The position numbers were made by a program, and so were the translations under genes. Under the pieces are notes generated by a model, which saw only the letters and a program-made list of their open reading frames with translations, was not told the DNA's origin and did not search any database. From Patescibacteria group bacterium (GTDB lineage Bacteria; Patescibacteriota; JABMPQ01; JAQVVF01): a stretch of DNA of 64,000 nt. How positions within the stretch are numbered: the first letter of the stretch is position 1; the number at the start of each line of letters is the position of its first letter. Shown here one piece after another: positions 60,391 through 64,000 of the stretch. Location: assembly GCA_041662665.1 (NCBI GenBank), contig JBAZSC010000001.1, positions 577,511-641,510 of the forward strand, written 5' to 3'.

Positions 60391-62018
60391 TGCAACCAAA
60401 ATACATCTTTATCACTGGAGGCGTAATTTCATCTTTAGGAAAAGGCATCACGTCTGCTTCAATTGGCAAACTTTTGCAAGATCTTGGATTCAAGGTCGTA
60501 AACATTAAATGCGAAATGTACGTTAACATTGATGCAGGAACAATTCGACCAACAGAACATGGGGAAGTTTATGTTACAGAAGATGGAATGGAATGTGATC
60601 AAGATTTGGGAACTTACGAAAGATTTTTGAATCAAGACATTAAGAAAGAGTGTTTTTTAACAACTGGCCAAATCTATCAAGAAGTTATCAGAAGAGAAAG
60701 AAATCTTGAATATGATGGTGAAGATGTTGAAGTTGTACCGCATGTCCCAAAAGAAATTATTAGAAGAATTAAATTAGCTACAGAAAAAAGTAAAGCCGAT
60801 TTTGCAATCGTTGAATTTGGCGGCACAGTAGGCGAGTATCAACAAGTTCTTTTTCTAGAAGCTGACAGAATGATGAAACATGAACTAAAAAAGGATGTGC
60901 TAAACATTCATATTGCTTATCTTCCTATTCCTCCAAGCGTTGGTGAAATGAAATCAAAACCAGCTCAATATTCAGTTAGAACATTGTTCTCAGCTGGAAT
61001 TGTACCAGATATTTTTATTGGCCGTTCAACAACATATATGGATCAACATAGAATGGAAGTCCTTTCAAGAAATACTAACATTGCAATTGAAAACATTTTT
61101 TCTAATCCAGATGTTAAATCAATTTATGAAGTTCCATTGATTTTAGCAAAACAAAAAGTCGCAGAATGTGTTTTAGGATTTTTTGGTGTTAAACCTAGAA
61201 AAAAAGCAAGTTTAACAAACTGGAAAAAATTAGTTAAAACAATCAAAGAAGTAAAAAAAGAAATAAAAATTGGTATCGTCGGAAAATATTTTGCCTCTGG
61301 AGATTTCTCACAAGGCGATTCATATATATCTGTCATCGAAGCAATAAAACACGCTTGCTGGGCTAATAATGTCAATCCAATAATAAAATGGCTTGATTCA
61401 GAATCATACGAAAAAGATCCAAAAAAAGTAACAGAATTAAAAGAATGCGATGGCATCATTGTACCAGGCGGTTACGGAAAAAGGGGAGTCGAAGGTAAAA
61501 TAAATGCTATTAAATTTGTTCGCGAAAATAAAATTCCATATTTAGGATTATGCTATGGCTTGCAAATGGCTGTCATTGAATTTGCTAGAAATATTTGTAA
61601 AATTAAAGATGCCAATACTACAGAGAATGAACCAAATACAAAGAATCCAGTCATTGATGTCATGGAAGCACAAAAAAAACTTTTGGCTAAAAAACAATAT
61701 GGAGCTTCTAATCGTCTAGGATCATACGAGTGCAAACTCAAAAAAGATAGCAAAACATTTAAAGCTTATGGCAAAGAAACAATTTTCGAACGCCATCGAC
61801 ATCGCTATGAATTAAATAATAGCTACAAAGAAATTCTAGAAAAAAATGGCTTAAAAATAGTTGGCCACAATCCATATTTGAATCTAGCAGAAATAGTTGA
61901 GCTAGAAAATCATCCATGGTTTATCGGTACTCAATTCCATCCAGAATTTAAATCAAGACTAGAAAGTCCACATCCACTATTTGTCAGTTTTATCAAAGCT
62001 GCAATAGATAATAAATAA
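60390..62018 (+). CDS. pyrG: CTP synthase
   Basis: FITGGVISSLGKG, HGEVYVTEDG, GLCYGLQ, ERHRHRYE, QFHPEF. Confidence 0.97.
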   Translation: MQPKYIFITGGVISSLGKGITSASIGKLLQDLGFKVVNIKCEMYVNIDAGTIRPTEHGEVYVTEDGMECDQDLGTYERFLNQDIKKECFLTTGQIYQEVIRRERNLEYDGEDVEVVPHVPKEIIRRIKLATEKSKADFAIVEFGGTVGEYQQVLFLEADRMMKHELKKDVLNIHIAYLPIPPSVGEMKSKPAQYSVRTLFSAGIVPDIFIGRSTTYMDQHRMEVLSRNTNIAIENIFSNPDVKSIYEVPLILAKQKVAECVLGFFGVKPRKKASLTNWKKLVKTIKEVKKEIKIGIVGKYFASGDFSQGDSYISVIEAIKHACWANNVNPIIKWLDSESYEKDPKKVTELKECDGIIVPGGYGKRGVEGKINAIKFVRENKIPYLGLCYGLQMAVIEFARNICKIKDANTTENEPNTKNPVIDVMEAQKKLLAKKQYGASNRLGSYECKLKKDSKTFKAYGKETIFERHRHRYELNNSYKEILEKNGLKIVGHNPYLNLAEIVELENHPWFIGTQFHPEFKSRLESPHPLFVSFIKAAIDNK

Positions 62019-62020
62019 CC

Positions 62021-62056
62021 AAAAATAAAATCGCCTCATCGGCGATTTTTAGTTTT
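62021..62056. terminator. Bidirectional intrinsic terminator between pyrG and rpmA
   Basis: AAAATCGCC-tcatc-GGCGATTTT with A and T flanks. Confidence 0.8.
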
Positions 62057-62060
62057 AAAG

Positions 62061-62100
62061 TTTCTGCATTTTCTGCGTCAGCTTCTGCGTCATTCTGCGC
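62061..62100 (+). repeat. TTCTGCG-family element
   Basis: tttctgcattttctgcgtcagcttctgcgtcattctgcgc. Confidence 0.85.
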
Positions 62101-62372
62101 TATTTCACGTTAACAAAACAAGTCTTTTTTAAACGTCCATTAAATTTCTTTGTCATTTTTGAATTGAATTCAACAACGCCTTCTTTCATAGCAAAAATTG
62201 TATCGTCACAACCTTGTTTAACATTTTTTCCAGGATAGTATTTTGTACCTCTTTGGCGTACAATAATATTGCCAGGTTTTACTACTTCACCAGCAAATTT
62301 CTTAACACCTAAACGTTGTGATTGTGAATCGCGACCAAGTTGGGTACTTCCGCCTGCTTTACGATGTGCCAT
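62100..62372 (-). CDS. rpmA: 50S ribosomal protein L27
   Basis: [30 protein letters not shown]. Confidence 0.97.
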   Translation of the reverse strand: MAHRKAGGSTQLGRDSQSQRLGVKKFAGEVVKPGNIIVRQRGTKYYPGKNVKQGCDDTIFAMKEGVVEFNSKMTKKFNGRLKKTCFVNVK

Positions 62373-62405
62373 ATATTTACAATATTAATGATTAGTATAT
62401 ATAAT

Positions 62406-62434
62406 AGATTAGCATTTAAAAAATAAATTGTCAA
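62406..62434 (-). promoter_or_regulatory. Putative rpmA promoter
   Basis: Minus strand TTGACA-17-TAATCT with TG extension. Confidence 0.6.
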
Positions 62435-62441
62435 TAAAAAC

Positions 62442-62462
62442 AAAAAAGAGCAACAGGCTCTT
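62442..62462 (-). terminator. Intrinsic terminator (cassette G)
   Basis: A-run with AAGAGC-aacag-GCTCTT. Confidence 0.65.
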
Positions 62463-62472
62463 CAAAAAAGGT

Positions 62473-62760
62473 TCAATTTTGAATTCTTTTCAATACACAT
62501 GGTATAGTTGGTATTATCAATGCGCTAAAAATAAATGAAGAAATTGTCATCAATGTGGTTTCAAAATCGTGATAACAATCCAAAAAATTGTTCATGTTAT
62601 CAGATAATGTAGTATACAAGCCACTAGCACCAAGAGATAAAACTACAAAAACATATAGAAACCAGGGAGCAATAGAAATAAACCAAAAAATGAAAATTGA
62701 ACGCTGATGACGACTCGAAAAATTCGATAATCTCAACAACACATTCTTTACTCTTCTCAT
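62473..62760 (-). CDS. Orphan two-TM membrane protein (cassette G)
   Basis: SD AGAGGAGG at 62765-62772; two hydrophobic segments. Confidence 0.68.
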   Translation of the reverse strand: MRRVKNVLLRLSNFSSRHQRSIFIFWFISIAPWFLYVFVVLSLGASGLYTTLSDNMNNFLDCYHDFETTLMTISSFIFSALIIPTIPCVLKRIQN

Positions 62761-62803
62761 ATTTCCTCCTCTCTTGCAAACCTACATACATAATATCAAA
62801 AAT

Positions 62804-63298
62804 ATGCAAAAAATCAAGGAATTTATAAAAAACAATCATGACAGAATTATCCTAACAGTCGGCGCAATTTTAATTGCAGGAACTAGTTTTGCCATTGGCA
62901 GATTATCAATAAATAAACAAACGATACCTATAGTTATAAATGAGAATACTAAACAAGAAGCCAAAACAGAGCAACCACTCCAGAACATAAACACCCTAGA
63001 CACAGAAACACAAAAACAAGATAACGACTCAAACACCAAAGACACTAATGCGCAAGAACAAAATACACAGAAGAATGATACAAAACAACAAAAACAAGTC
63101 CCAAAAAAAACACAAGCACCAAAAGCAACACAAACATCAAAAAATGATTGCGCATTTGTTGCAAGTAGTAGAGGACATAAATATTACAATGCAGATTCAT
63201 CATCAGCAAAAAGCTTAAGTGAGCAAAATAAGATCTGCTTTCCAGATGCCAAATCAGCTGAAAAAGCCGGTTACGAACCAAGTGCCAGCATAAAATAA
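62804..63298 (+). CDS. Membrane-anchored protein with low-complexity linker and degenerate Ada-type C-terminal domain
   Basis: TM ILIAGTSFAIG; FVASSRGHKYY...NKICFPDAKSAEKAGYEP. Confidence 0.7.
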   Translation: MQKIKEFIKNNHDRIILTVGAILIAGTSFAIGRLSINKQTIPIVINENTKQEAKTEQPLQNINTLDTETQKQDNDSNTKDTNAQEQNTQKNDTKQQKQVPKKTQAPKATQTSKNDCAFVASSRGHKYYNADSSSAKSLSEQNKICFPDAKSAEKAGYEPSASIK

Positions 63299-63304
63299 GC
63301 ACTT

Positions 63305-63342
63305 ACTTTATAACTTTAAAAACTTTATGAACTTTACAAACT
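63305..63342 (+). repeat. ACTTTA-family element
   Basis: actttataactttaaaaactttatgaactttacaaact; shares a 24-nt run with the 34817-34855 copy. Confidence 0.75.
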
Positions 63343-63415
63343 AATCATGTTTATGCTATATTAAAAATGTTATTTTTAACTTTAAATTTTACTTTTAATT
63401 TTAGACTTTAGACTT

Positions 63416-64000
63416 ATGATCTACTTAGACCATGCTGCAACAACACCTTTAGATCCAGAAGTTCTAGAAGCAATGTTGCCATATTTTAATAAATTTTTTG
63501 CTAATACAGGTTCAATCCATTCAGCTGGACAAGAAGCATTAGCAGGAATTGATAAAGCAAGACAGCAAGTTGCGCAATTTTTGAATTGTGAAACAAATGA
63601 AGTTATCTTTACTTCAGGTGCTACTGAAAGCAACAATTTAGCGATAACTGGAATTGTTGATGCCACAGAAATCAAAAAACCACATATCATTACTTCATGC
63701 ATAGAACATCCAGCAGTCTTAGAAGTTGTCAAAAATCTAAAAAATAGGGGAGTTGAAATAACTATTTTGCCAGTTGAGCACGATGGAACATTGAACACAA
63801 ATATTGTTCAAAAAGAAATTAAAGAAAATACAATCTTAATTTCAATCATGTATGCCAACAATGAAATTGGAACGGTCCAACCAATCAAAGAGATAGGTAA
63901 ACTAATAGAAGAAATCAATCAAAAAAGAAAAAATAAAATCTATTTTCATACTGATGCAACACAAGCATCTGGATATCTAAATTGCGATACAAAAGTTTTA
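63416..64000 (+). CDS. iscS: Cysteine desulfurase, IscS/NifS family (3' partial)
   Basis: Translated by hand: MIYLDHAATTPLDPEV...FTSGATESNN...EHPAV...MYANNEIGTVQPI...FHTDATQA; runs off the window. Confidence 0.9.
   Translation, partial: MIYLDHAATTPLDPEVLEAMLPYFNKFFANTGSIHSAGQEALAGIDKARQQVAQFLNCETNEVIFTSGATESNNLAITGIVDATEIKKPHIITSCIEHPAVLEVVKNLKNRGVEITILPVEHDGTLNTNIVQKEIKENTILISIMYANNEIGTVQPIKEIGKLIEEINQKRKNKIYFHTDATQASGYLNCDTKVL

Noticed and set aside
60390-62018. Divergent KCEMYVNIDAGT motif in PyrG (usually KxDPYxNxDxGT) as a sign of inactivity
   Set aside because: The other synthase and glutaminase motifs are intact; probably lineage-level variation
15006-63342. Short repeat tracts as CRISPR arrays
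   Set aside because: Units are 7-13 bp and degenerate, with no unique 25-45 bp spacers and no cas genes

Overview
Very AT-rich bacterial window read in the standard code. Gene content and the near absence of Shine-Dalgarno motifs suggest a Patescibacteria/CPR-type genome (inference, not verified). About 1-57 kb is a very large cell-surface glycosylation region: about 12 GT4/GT2 glycosyltransferases, five GT-C-like multi-pass membrane proteins, three Wzx-type flippases, an O-antigen-ligase-like protein, gmd/rmd/glf, cysD/cysN, two alkaline-phosphatase-superfamily enzymes, a cytidylyltransferase/CDP-alcohol phosphotransferase pair and secreted FG-GAP/NHL proteins. The right end holds housekeeping genes (dcd, ctpA, acyP, rplI, pyrG, rpmA, partial cysteine desulfurase). 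Four things stand out. (1) A candidate glycan-sulfation module: CysD/CysN with no APS kinase in the window, AlkP-family enzymes, and an unannotated 54-aa Cys-rich microprotein ending in a stand-alone LKGLGYLD motif. (2) Seven self-contained single-gene cassettes (near-consensus sigma70 promoter, strong GGAGG SD, terminator) among genes that otherwise lack SD; three form a tandem array with related regulatory parts but unrelated ORFs. (3) More than 25 copies of several discrete ~40-50 bp elements built from roughly helically phased short units; single-arm copies all face the same chromosomal strand and several sit in frame inside proteins. (4) A RAYT-type HUH nuclease with covarying REP hairpins, one copy of which lies in frame in a nearby gene. 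No rRNA, tRNA or CRISPR array was recognised. All family calls come from motif recognition by eye; no searches were run.
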